A stretch of DNA of 64,000 bases from Octopus sinensis (lineage: Eukaryota), in the NCBI RefSeq assembly GCF_006345805.1, contig NC_042998.1:78616001-78680000 (forward strand). Direction: 5' to 3'. A program made the translations under genes and the position numbers. The notes under the pieces are model-generated. The model did not search any database, was not told the DNA's origin, and worked only from the letters and a program-made list of their open reading frames with translations. This document shows, in pieces, positions 12,281-23,710 of the stretch (positions are counted from its first letter, which is position 1; the number at the start of each line of letters is the position of its first letter).

Positions 12281-13741
12281 TATCTATCTATTTTTCTGTC
12301 TGTCTGTCTATCGATTGATAGATTGATGCAAGCTTGGCTTTGTGGTTAAGAAGCTCACTTTGCACCATATAGTTTCAGATTCAGTCCCATTGTGTTCCAT
12401 CATGGGCAAGCATCTACTATTATAGCCCCAAGCTGAACAATGCATTGTGAGTGAATTTGGTTGATGAGAATTGTATGGGAAGCCTGTTATGTGTGTGTGT
12501 GTGTGTGTGTGTCCATCCCACCATTTGATAACTGGTGTGTTCCAGCATGGCTGCAGTTCAATGACTGAAACAAGTAAAAAATAAAATTGTGCTTATGTAA
12601 TAGAAAATAAAAATCTGAGTTCTTGGTATGACTCACAAATCCTTGCCAAGAGAGCTCTGATTAATGACTAATAAACTTCATGTTTTTTAATGTAGACTAC
12701 ATATCTCACTATTCTTTTTTGAATCAATGTAAAATTGAATTAATTGCCTGTATGTTTTGATTTTTTAAACTTAATTATTACAGAAGTGACCTTTATTGCA
12801 TAATATTGATGGTGTATCAGTATTGTGTAATTGCTCAGATCTGATGGTTAAAAAAGAACAAAGATTTTTTCTGGACTGGGTACCTATCTGTGGTTGTTTA
12901 ACCCTCTTAGATGGCCTTGTTAATCTTTCCTTCACATCTTAGTGAACTGATGATGCACATGTAGGAAAAAGTTTACTGCCCAGATTAGCAACAAAATATT
13001 TACACTAGATTTGAACAAAAAAATTCTGAGTTTGTGGCTGTGAAATTATGTAAATGCTTTTTAATCCCAAGAGAGTTTTTTTTAACCCTTAAATGCCAGA
13101 AAAGAGCTGCATCAAGCAGAAAATCCTTTTTATTATAGGTGCTTTATACATAAGGGCAATTTTTATGCTTATTTTCACTTTAAACAATTCCGCAAACTAT
13201 GAAAATGATATTTTAACTCTTAGATTATAAAAAGAAAGATAAAAGGGAAATAAAAGAAATACTAAGTTCCTAAATTTAATATTTTGTTATTAAAATTATG
13301 GAAAAAGTTGGTGCACTTTTTCCATCCAGATCTAGTTGAAGCATTAATTTTTTCTCTGTTATCTAGAGCATCATCATCATCATGTACCTCATCTGATGAT
13401 GAAGGAAAGTCAAGAAAAGCTTCTTCATTTGCACCTTGATTTTTCCCATCGATAAGGGCCCCTTATGCTTAAGCGTATTTGGTGAAGGAGACACTCAGGT
13501 CTCAGTTGATGGCTGAATCTGTGTGAAATTTTTGAAGCATTAATCAATGATGTCCACTGTTCACTAATGCAACATCAATTGATGGTTTCTGCTGCTCAAG
13601 GGTTGAAAAGGATTTAAATTTCCTTTTTGGTTGGATACTAATATGTTGAAAATAAGATTTCGAGATCATCTGACTCATATTCGCCTAATAACACAGAGAA
13701 AACACATGCAGTGAATTTGAACTCTTAATATATCAACATGT

Positions 13742-14051
13742 GGAGGCACATGGGGCCTAGTGGTTAGAGCAGTGGACTCACGGTCGAGGGATCGCGGGTT
13801 CGAATCTCAGACCGGGCGATGTGTGTGTGTGTTTATGAGTGAAATGCCTTAGCTCCACGCGGCTCCGGCAGAAGGTAATGGCAAACCTCTTGCTGACTCT
13901 TTCACCACAACTTTCTCTCACTCTTTCCTCCTGCATCTTGCAGCTCATCTGCGACGGACCAGCGTCCTGTCCAGGTGGGGAACCTATACGCCAAGGAAAC
14001 CGGGGAAACCAACCCTATGAGACAGGCATGATTCGAGAAGGAACAAACAAC
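13742..14051 (+). mobile_element. SINE family C
   Basis: Close paralog of 10804; 10-bp TSD ATATCAACAT at 13730-13739 and 14052-14061. Confidence 0.9.
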
Positions 14052-14106
14052 ATATCAACATATTTTCCTTCTATGAATGATAACAATCTCTGATGCTGCT
14101 TGCATT

Positions 14107-14366
14107 CAGGGTTGTCAGATTTTACTATAAGTGGTGTATTAAACTAATTTTCAGGACTGCACACTGGTAATTTTATAATTTGGTTTAAAATTTCAAATTT
14201 AAAAAAAAACTAAAATCCTATTGAATTATCAACTTAATAAATTAGAACTAACTTGCAGGCAATCTTTATATATTAATTTATCAGCAAAATTTTCATGTTG
14301 TGCTAGTTTTTAACACAATCTGCTATTTTCTATGCTGGTTTTTATGAAATGGATCTGGCAACCCTG
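14107..14366. mobile_element. hAT-like MITE
   Basis: 14-bp TIRs CAGGGTTGTCAGAT / ATCTGGCAACCCTG (1 mismatch); flanks CTTGCATT and CTTGTGTC resemble a decayed 8-bp TSD. Confidence 0.7.
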
Positions 14367-15562
14367 CTTGTGTCTATACACTCTTCAGCACTTTTTTTTT
14401 TTTTTTACCAATTCCACCTAGTCACATGTTCACAGTATGTGTAAATCTGAAGGCTGCAAATAACTCACAGAAAAATGTCTACTTAGATGGCCTAAATTCA
14501 TTTATTTGTTCCTTGCAAGAGTCTCTTCAAACTACTTCCAAAACATCAATTTATAACACAACCACAATTTTGCATAGTAGATGAGAAATTCTTCAATTTT
14601 TCCCCTTCCTTTTGGCTGTTGCTTTAACCAGTCTTATTTCTAGACACATCCATTGACCAACCAGTTGTATAAATAGTTAATATAACATCCTTCTAACTAT
14701 TCTCTATTGGCACCAAACAAATGGCTTAATATGATATCTAACAAATCAATCAGCCAACCTCCATATCAAACAAAGACAACATGGGATGTAAGTTAACCCA
14801 TGTGTGCTTACACACACACACACACACACACGTATGAATATATATATGCAGCAGTGAAATAACCAAATTGAGTGGGTATCACCCACTTCCTCATTCCTTA
14901 TTACATATGTTTCTCCTTTCTTTTTCCATTTCTCCCTCTTTTTTGCTTCTCCTTGTCCCATTTTGTTTCTTTGCATTTTCCTTCAGTTACACAGGTCCTT
15001 TTCTCGCTTTTTAGATGACAGATGTGTACACACACACACACACGTACACCTATATACACATATACATATGTAAGTATGTACTTATATCCATGCACTAAGG
15101 ACATGCATATCAATATATTTACTTTAAATCAAAGGGTTTCTGAATATCCGGGAACATTCTTTTACTTTTTATCTGCTTCTAATTTTACAGTATCTGTATA
15201 CTGACCCCCCCCCCAATAAAAAAAAAACAACAAACAAACAAACAAACAAAAAAAAAAACAAGCAGATAAAGACTGAAATATGATAACGCTTGTTCATGCA
15301 TTTTTTTACTGTTATTAAGTTATTAGTCTGTTAAACCTGTTTGTATTTACCATTCTGCTTTTGAAAGGCAGCAAGTTGGTAAAATTGTTAGAGTATTGTA
15401 AATAATGTCTGACAGTATTCTAACTCCCTTAGTCGAAATCCTGCCAAGGTCACCTTTGCTTTCCACTGTTCAGGTCAATAAAAAAATAACCAATCCAGAG
15501 TACTCAATTGGTAGAACCATTAGAGGGCTAGAACAGATGCTCCATATCAAGAACAGATGCTC

Positions 15563-15765
15563 AAGTCGGCGAGCTGGCAGAATCGTTAGCACGCCACTAC
15601 GTTCTGACGTCAAATTCCGCCGAGGTCAACTTTACCTTTCATCCTTTCGGGGTCGATAAATTAAGTACCAGTTACGCACTGGGGTCGATGTAATCGACTT
15701 GATCCCTTTTGTCTGTCCTTGTTTGTCCCCTCTATGTTTAGTCCCGTGTGGGCAATAAAGAAATA
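15563..15765 (+). mobile_element. SINE family A
   Basis: Head, central domain and AAAGAAATA tail; flanked by direct repeats of AGAACAGATGCTC(CATA). Confidence 0.9.
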
Positions 15766-15849
15766 AGAACAGATGCTCCATAGTGGTCTATTCTGGGCCT
15801 TTGTATTATGCTAGAAATGTCTGTGATCATATTAGTGCCAACTGTATTG

Positions 15850-16370
15850 GCCCTAAGGCAGTGACTTTTCCTATGAATATCAGTAGTGTGAAGAGGATAG
15901 GCTTATGTACATCAGCAACCACCAGTCTTGAACAAAAGAGCCTTTCCCAGGCCTGTGCTTACAGATGCAGATAAATGGTCAATCCTAAATGACAGAGGTC
16001 CTTGCATTTGTTCTTGTAGTTTTGTTGTGTTCACCTCCCAAGCTTGCATGCTGTTTTCACTTCTGAAACTTATTTAATACAGCATCTGCTTCTTCCTTAT
16101 AACATATCCTGGCACAAATCCACTGAGTATCACTACTAAAATCCTGGTGCTTAACAGCTTGCAAATTTCTTCTTCCCCAGTACCATATCCCTTTATCACT
16201 ACCCCCCTCCTCCCCGTTTATTATTCAGTCACTAAATTCCACTAAGCTGCAAGAAGTTTTCAATACTGATTGTCAAGCTCACTAATCTCTCTCAATGAAA
16301 CTATCCATATCCCCTTGCCTGGAAGAGCTTAAGGCAGGCTACGAGCAATATACCTTCACTTCTGCATATT
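15850..16370 (-). mobile_element. Highly decayed LINE RT fragment
   Basis: Minus strand gives SGFVPG followed after a frameshift by ADAV, echoing the RT motif QFGFVPG..TDAIF; many stops. Confidence 0.3.
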
Positions 16371-17518
16371 AATAAATTTATGATTTTCTTACATTGTTAT
16401 AAAAATGCTACATAATTTGTGAAAGAGTGGATGTAGTTGGATTGATATTTATTTTATCACTTTCCATCATTTTTTATTTTGTTTTTGTGTCTGCCCAGGT
16501 TCCTCAGAAATTATGTAATTGGGATGTTTTATTCGTTTTATATTAATGCTAAGCAGTATATATATATATATATATATGTATTTCCAAATTTTGCTTTATA
16601 ACGAAGTTATTTCCATACTGAATCCGTGGCTCTGCTTTATTCAGCATGTCATATGCTAGATAAAGTGCTGTTTATACGAAAATCCAAATCCAATAGAAAT
16701 ACGTTGATTATATCTCATAGCAACAAAATTCTCTTTCATATTTGGTGGCTATAAATAATAGAGAAAAAATTCATTCAAATACACGGGGTCAAGAGAATAT
16801 TCTCTTTTCAGTTCGATTGTGTTTTGATTTAATGTTAACTCAAATATTTATTCCGCTTATGTAAAATATTGGTTAGGGTGCAGGAGGATGGTATAGACAC
16901 ATCGATCGTATCCCTGCTTGTACTGTTCGTTATTCAACCCTGCGTCATCTCTGTTCCAGCAGATGAAGCATTCCAGCCGTGACCAAACCATTTTTTTTTT
17001 TGTTGAAATGCAATGTATCTAGGATCATATTATCCGAAGTCTTTCTTTTTTTAAAAAAAAAGATAGGGTCTAATTTGAGGGAAATTTGGTTGCTATTTCA
17101 AGCCGTTCGAGCGAGCATCCTCGTTCGCATATTGGTGGTATGTGTGCCTACGAAAGCAACCAACCAGTTTGTTATCTAATCAATGAATGTTGAAGTAAAA
17201 ACGTGATCGTGTAGCCATCACGTTATTAAGTGACCCGGCATAATGATTGAATCTAACATAAAAGACCGACAAATATAGATAGCGATAAGGCAAACTGACT
17301 AGACACATGATGATACAAGTAGACGAACAAACAGTTAAATAAATAAATTAGGACTGTCGCCTTCCTTTCGGCTAATACGTTGTCGCCTCCACCACCACAA
17401 TTATTGTTGCCCATAAAAGAAAGTGTGTGAAAACAATCGCCCCTCTTCCTTCAACTCCATATTTTCTGTTTGTTCGTCTGCTATTGTGTCTAGTCAGTTG
17501 GTATGTCTTATCTTCACA

Positions 17519-17582
17519 ATAAATAAATAAATAAATAAATAAATAAAAATACATGAATAAATAAATAAATAGATAAATAAAT
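17519..17582. repeat. (TAAA)n microsatellite
   Basis: Directly visible. Confidence 0.95.
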
Positions 17583-18009
17583 CATCTTTCTTCAAATCGT
17601 CATCGAGCCAAGGCAGGGTAACAACTATATAACAACTACGTGGTCGCTTGCCTGCTAGATGTAGCAGTTAAAATCTCCCTGTCGGCTTTAATAAAAGGGG
17701 GACACGTTGAATGATCGCAGTCTTAGTTAGATATTACAGAAAAGGCAGATGGTCACGGCTGGTTCGATCAGGGTTAGTTAGCTTGGGGCTAAACAATAAT
17801 TCGCCTTGATTTTACGTTTTCAGTTTCCTCTACCCCGCAATTCCTTTTTAAAAAAAATTCTTTTTGTTCACTTCTTCTTTCCACGGTTCCTGCATGTTTC
17901 TCAATGCTCTATTTATCTCCTCATAATGATACGAACGAGCCAAAATATACACAGCTGAAATTATTTATAATAATAATAATAATTTCTAATACAGGGACAA
18001 TACCTGAAA

Positions 18010-18615
18010 TTTCTAGTCGATTACATTAACGCTAGTTCTCGACTTAAAGGATGAAAAGTGGAGTCGAACTCGGAATGTAAAGACAGACGAAATGCCGGCC
18101 GTTAAGCATTTCGCCCGGCCTGCTAACAATTCTGCTAGCTCACCGACGTAATAAAGATGAATAATAAGAAAAATCTTTTCTACTACAGGCACAAGGCCTG
18201 AAAATTTGGATGAGAGGGCTAGTCGATTACATCAACTTGGTACTTACTTTATCGACCCCGAAAGGACAACTCAATCTCGGTAGAGTTTGAACTCAGAACG
18301 TAAAATTGAATGAAAAGCCGCTGAGCATTTTGCCCGGCGTGCTAACGAGTCTGTCAGCTCGCCACCTAATAATAATGTTAATTGTTTCAAATTTTGGCAT
18401 AAGGCTAACAATTTCAGATGAGGGGTAAGTCGATTACATTGACCCCTATGTTCAACTGGTACTTATTTTATCGACTCCAAAGGGATGAAAGGAAAAGTCG
18501 ACCTCGGCGGAATTTAAACTCTGAACGTATAAAGAGCAGACGAAATGCCGTCAAGCATTTTACGCGGCGTGCTAACGTTTTCTGTTTTTTTTTTCTTTTT
18601 TGCCAGCTCACCGCC
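18010..18615 (-). mobile_element. Three consecutive family A SINE copies, minus orientation
   Basis: Reverse-complement central domain and head (…GAACTCAGAACG…GCCAGCTC(G/A)CC) recur ending near 18145, 18366 and 18615. Confidence 0.85.
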
Positions 18616-18733
18616 TAATTAGTAATAAAATATTTAAAAACATAAATTGTTAAATGACACTCCCCTAACTAGCACATGTCGGTTTTTGTCACAGTAGCAT
18701 GTGAAAAGAGGAAATCCTTGAAAAGCATAAGAT

Positions 18734-18750
18734 TGAGTCACGTGACGTGG
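18734..18750. promoter_or_regulatory. Composite AP-1 / CLEAR-type E-box / UPRE-like motif
   Basis: TGAGTCACGTGACGTGG contains TGAGTCA (18734-18740), palindromic GTCACGTGAC (18737-18746) and TGACGTGG (18743-18750), in unique CpG-rich sequence. Function is inferred. Confidence 0.45.
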
Positions 18751-19029
18751 AATTTCGCTGAGCGCTGAATAAAACTGAAAGGAATAACGAGTGAAAATAG
18801 AAGCAAATTTTTTACTTGAAAACTTGCATTATTACAATTTCTATTTTATTCGATACATTTGTGGGAAACCTGGCGAGCTGTGTGAACATTAGGTATGAAT
18901 TCATTTCAAGTTTTACCCATAAAAAAATATATTGTTAGAGAACATCGACCACAAACTTGTCTTGAGCACTCTTGAAGTTTTTTTGTGCCAAGTCATCAAC
19001 ACTGGTATGTATGTGTGTGTGTGTTATTC

Positions 19030-19700
19030 GGCTCAAGATCGTATTGTTGTAACTGGTGGTGCGTTGTGTACTTGAGCAAGACACTTTATTTTACGTTGCT
19101 CCACTCCACTCAGCTGGCTTAAAGAGCCGGCCTTGTCACACTCTATACCACGCTGAATCTCCCTGAGAACTACATTAAGGGCTAGCGCGCCGGGCGAAAT
19201 GCTTAGCGGTATTTCGTCTGTCGTTACGTTCTGAGTTCAAATTCCGCCGAGGTCAACTTTGCCTTTCATCCTTTCGGGGTCGATAAATTAAATACCAGTT
19301 ACGCACTGGGGTCGATGTAATCGACTTAATACCTATGTCTGTCCTTGTTTGTCCCCTCTGTGTTTAGCCCCCTGTGGGTAATAAATTAATAGGTATTTCG
19401 TCTGTCGTTACGTTCTGAGTTCAAATTCCGCCGAGGTCAACTTTGCCTTTCATCCTTTCGGGGTCGATAAATAAAGTTCCAGTTTCGCACTGGGGGGCGA
19501 TATAATCGACTCAATCCCTTCGTCTTTCCTTGTTTGTCCCCTCTATGTTCAGCCCCTTCTGGGCAGTAAAGAAATATACATTAAGTGCACGCGTGTCTGT
19601 GGACAGCTCCTTGTCACTTGCACGTTAATTTCACAAGCAGGCTGCTCCGTTAATCGAATCAAGTCTGGAACTCACCGTCGTAACCGACGAAGTGCCTGTA
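19030..19700 (+). mobile_element. CORE-type SINE interrupted by a family A SINE dimer
   Basis: CORE-like GTACTTGAGCAAGACACTTTATTTTACGTTGCTCCACTCCACTCAGCTG at ~19070-19115; body resumes at 19586. Related minus copy at ~31620-31850. Confidence 0.7.
19180..19576 (+). mobile_element. Head-to-tail dimer of family A SINE
   Basis: Two 5'-truncated units (second starts GGTATTTCG at ~19392) bounded by one 9-bp TSD TACATTAAG at 19171-19179 and 19577-19585. Confidence 0.85.
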
Positions 19701-19852
19701 TGCATGCATTTATTTATTCGACATACGTGTGTCTGTGTTATAGACGTACAGACACCGTAATATTGTGAACGTTGTCTTGATACAAAGAAGCAGTGCTGCT
19801 CGCGGTAGACAGGTAATTATCGAACTGCAAACATTTGCGGTCTGGTACTTAC

Positions 19853-19923
19853 GGCTTATATGACTTTACAACATCTGCTGCTCTTTCAGAATTTAATGTT
19901 AGCGCCAGATAGTCAGTGTACAT
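19853..19923 (-). CDS. Candidate first coding exon, unknown protein (MYTDYLALTLNSERAADVVKSYKP)
   Basis: ATG at 19923, open frame to a consensus GTAAGT donor (phase 2) in CpG-rich DNA. No homology recognised; a competing plus-strand exon overlaps it. Confidence 0.25.
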
Positions 19924-20319
19924 TAAAGAAAAAGTCGAAGACGAGCAAGTAAATCTAAATTAAGTCATGAAAAATCTGCGTTTGAATTAACTCGAAACGT
20001 GGACATTTCAGAAAAAATTATTTATTGTACATATATATACATCAAAATATGTCAATAAATTTGAAAAACATGAATGGTAGGAAAATTAAAATGAAATTAC
20101 TGTTATATTTTCAACACTATCTTCTGCTAAGATGAGCTTTTAATTCCTTCACAGGCTCAAAGAAGAGGAAAAAGAATTCCATGTTCATTATCAACATGCA
20201 TGAATGCTTGCATACATATATTAGAGCTTGCGAAGATTTATATCTTCTACATGCATATTTTTCTTTTTAAATAACTTATTTTATTTCTTTACATGTTAAA
20301 ACAATGCCAAACACGTATT

Positions 20320-20723
20320 GGATCTTTTCAGTTTGAACGGCAGTTTTTTTCTAGCGGTGTCATATGAAATTGTCACCATATTTATGACCCTAGTATCGAT
20401 CTATTGCGTTTCAATCTGTTTTAGGGGTGGGAGGAGGGTATCTTTTTTCTTCGCAAATGCAAATAAACCCAATCTGTTTCTGAAACGAGGGACATATTCA
20501 TACGACACAGACTGTTTTTTTTTTACCTCAATAGACGTCACTGATTGATTGAAATTGCAGAAGTTGAAGAAAAAACAAGTATCTTACAAACTATAGAATT
20601 TTCTCAATAAAGCCAAGAGAAAAAAGATGTTTTATAATCACATTCTACCAGTATACGAAGTTTAAAAGTGTTTAGTCACGTGGAAATTATTTTAAAAAAC
20701 TGCCGTTCAAACCGAAAAGATCC
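20320..20723. mobile_element. 404-bp MITE with 30-bp TIRs and 8-bp TSD (Merlin-like by termini)
   Basis: GGATCTTTTCAGTTTGAACGGCAGTTTTTT ... AAAAAACTGCCGTTCAAACCGAAAAGATCC (1 mismatch); TSD CACGTATT at 20312-20319 and 20724-20731. Confidence 0.9.
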
Positions 20724-21405
20724 CACGTATTTTCCAAATATTAAATATAGAAAATATATTATCAATGTTACATACTTAATGTATGTCGTTAAGCGCTTTT
20801 TAGGCTACCGTATTTCGTCCCCAAAAAGGTCCCTTCAAAGACGTAGAGAGTTTTTAAAATGTCTATACTTCAAAGCCTAACCAACTGGATCGCCTCGTAG
20901 TGAGCTATTTCTGCTCATGGTGCCGTGCATAAAGTACATATAGAATATGTAACGAGAGGAGGATAAAATATGAGCACCCATGTTCTCACATTTTCCGTTT
21001 TTTTTTTTTATTCCTCTACCTTTCTTTGAAATTTGTTGTGACCACCCGAAAGAAAAATACTTTTAAGTTATCAGTGTTAATTGACAAAGATCCTATATTT
21101 TCTCCAGTTATTCTTAGATCTGGCATCAGCAATAGAATATGCTTTCATGATGAGGTCTAATAATATAAAAACATGTCCGGAGTTATCACTACCTTGCCAA
21201 AAATCACACACTGTCCATCGCATTCTATATTGAATGAATTTAAATTACAAGGTTATTTCACCTGCTTTTCTTAACTAGAACATTATGATGGATTCACTTT
21301 AATCTTTATTTTCCATATTATTCCAAACATTTTGGAGAATCTTTTGGTTTTATACGTTTGTTTCGATTTTATTGAAAATTTTATTCACAGTTACGGTTTT
21401 CCAAG

Positions 21406-21423
21406 CCAATTACCAAAATGGCG
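21406..21423 (+). promoter_or_regulatory. CCAAT box next to a YY1-type motif
   Basis: CCAAT at 21406-21410 and CAAAATGGCG at 21414-21423 within the CpG-rich domain; motif match only. Confidence 0.3.
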
Positions 21424-21889
21424 ACCATTTGAGGTGGGGAAGAAATTTATAATATAAACGTTACAAGCCTTTAAAGGTCTGATTTCCATTAACCAACATT
21501 ACTGAAATTATCTCTGTTGTTTTTTTTTATATTTTAATAAAGTCGAGCGAGACTTTGTTTTCTAATTGCTCGGATAATCTCAGTTCATCGGAACTATATT
21601 GTTGATACTCGTACTCAGCTTCACACTTTTCTTCTATTTCTGTATAAATTGCTAACTGAGTAGATTTGCGCCGCTGGGGCAGTCTTATAAGACTGACACA
21701 TGTACGCCACTTTTACGAGTTGGTTTTAAAAATCAGATCCATCCTAATCTTACCCAAAAATGTTGATCGACTGATTTTATAGTTTCAACTGTTTCTAGAT
21801 TTTGTCTATTAATGGGTTGATAATCTCATTTGGTCGAATTTCATGTGTGCGCGTGTGTATATGTTTATATACATACACAAACATTATAT

Positions 21890-22503
21890 ATATATATATA
21901 TATATAACAGGAAGGTTTATGAAAATAAACAAAAGACGAAGGCAGGCGGAGTACAAACAAACAAATGTATTAGTATGGCGCTCAGGAATTAAAATAATAA
22001 TATTAGGGAGTATAACTCCAAACTTACAGGGAAAAATTCAATTTAATATTAAATCAAATTTCACAATATAAATATATGATATATAAATTAGAGAAAAACC
22101 TAATAAAAAAACATAAAAACAAACAATATATATTTATTTATGATTTGGTTTATGTCTATCATTGTTTGAATTGCATAATAGTGGTTTTTCTCTAATTTAT
22201 ATATATATATATATATAACAGGAAGGTTTATGAAAATAAACAAAAGACGAAGGCAGGCGGAGTACAAACAAACAAATGTATTAGTATGGCGCTCAGGAAT
22301 TAAAATAATAATATTAGGGAGTATAACTCCAACTTACAGGGAAAAATTCAATTTAATATTAAATCAAATTTCACAATATAAATATATGATATATAAATTA
22401 GAGAAAAACCTAATAAAAAAACATAAAAACAAACAATATATATTATTTATGATTTGGTTTATGTCTATCATTGTTTGAATTGCATAATAGTGGTTTTTCT
22501 CTA

Positions 22504-22511
<8 letters not shown>
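21890..22511. repeat. Tandem duplication, 311-bp period, two near-identical units separated by (TA)n
   Basis: AACAGGAAGGTTTATGAAAATAAAC starts at 21906 and 22217; a reverse-complement partial copy lies at ~32135-32215. Confidence 0.95.
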
Positions 22512-22544
<33 letters not shown>

Positions 22545-22547
<3 letters not shown>

Positions 22548-23010
22548 GGTATTTTTACTGGTTTCAGCCAGAAGCTGAGGCCACGCCGGGGCACCACCTT
22601 TCTGTTCTGTATTGCTTCTGGTGAAGTAGCGAGTTGGACGTAGCTGCTCTTGTTTGTGCTCCCTGCCCCGATGCGAGTTGATCTCATGTCTCTGTTTAAA
22701 ATTTGTCCAGAGGCTCTTTGAAAACCTTCACATCTACACCTCGCAAATCTCCGAAGTTGTTTGACAGAATTTTGAACAGTTGTGGACCCTTGAAACCTTA
22801 ACTATTACAGTACTGGGTCCTTATTCTAGATGAAGACAGGATATTTAGTACTACACAGTGTCTTGTTCGGCGGTTGGTATAGCTTTTAGTTTCAAAGTTG
22901 GGAGCAAAACCTTCCAGGATCTTCCCTCAAGCCTTTTCTCTAGAACGTGGAGCTTCAATTCTTTTAGCCTCTCCTAATAGCTCATCTGTTTCACCGATTC
23001 AATTTTCTTC
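22545..23010 (-). mobile_element. 5'-truncated CR1-like LINE 3' end (decayed)
   Basis: Minus strand reads KQMSY*ERLKELKLHVLEKR...ILEGFAPN...RTQYCNS*GFKGPQLF...VDVKVFKEPLDKF, typical of CR1-group ORF2 C-termini, then a short 3'UTR. Confidence 0.8.
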
Positions 23011-23060
23011 GTGTTGTGGATTGCCTCAAGTTCCGCCACCGTATATTTGTCTGTTAGTCT

Positions 23061-23335
<275 letters not shown>

Positions 23336-23342
23336 AAAAGAT

Positions 23343-23710
23343 AAGGTGGCGAGCTGACAGAATCGTTACCGAGTCGGGAAAAAGCTCAGCGGCGTTTCTT
23401 TCAACTTTATGTTCTGAGTTCAAATGCCGCCCTGGTCGATTAAATCGACTTAGCCCTTCCCCCAAATTTGCTAGTCTTGTGTCAAAATTTGAAACTATTA
23501 TAACTGAATATAAAATTGCAGCGAGCTGGCAGAATCGTTAACATGCTAGGCAAAATGCTTTACGTTCTGAGTTCTAATTCTGCCGAGGTCGATTTTGCTT
23601 TTTATCCTTTCGGGATCGATAAAATTAGTACCAGTTGTGTACTAGGGTCGATCTAATCGACTAGCCCCTTGCTGCAGATTTCAGACCTTGTACCTATTGT
23701 AGAAAGGATT
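23343..23710 (+). mobile_element. Two consecutive family A SINE copies
   Basis: Heads at 23343 and ~23519 with B-box and central domain. Confidence 0.8.

Noticed and set aside
13367-13439. Plus terminal-exon candidate ASSSSCTSSDDEGKSRKASSFAP*
   Set aside because: The serine run derives from (CAT)n, which elsewhere marks RTE tails; no independent support.
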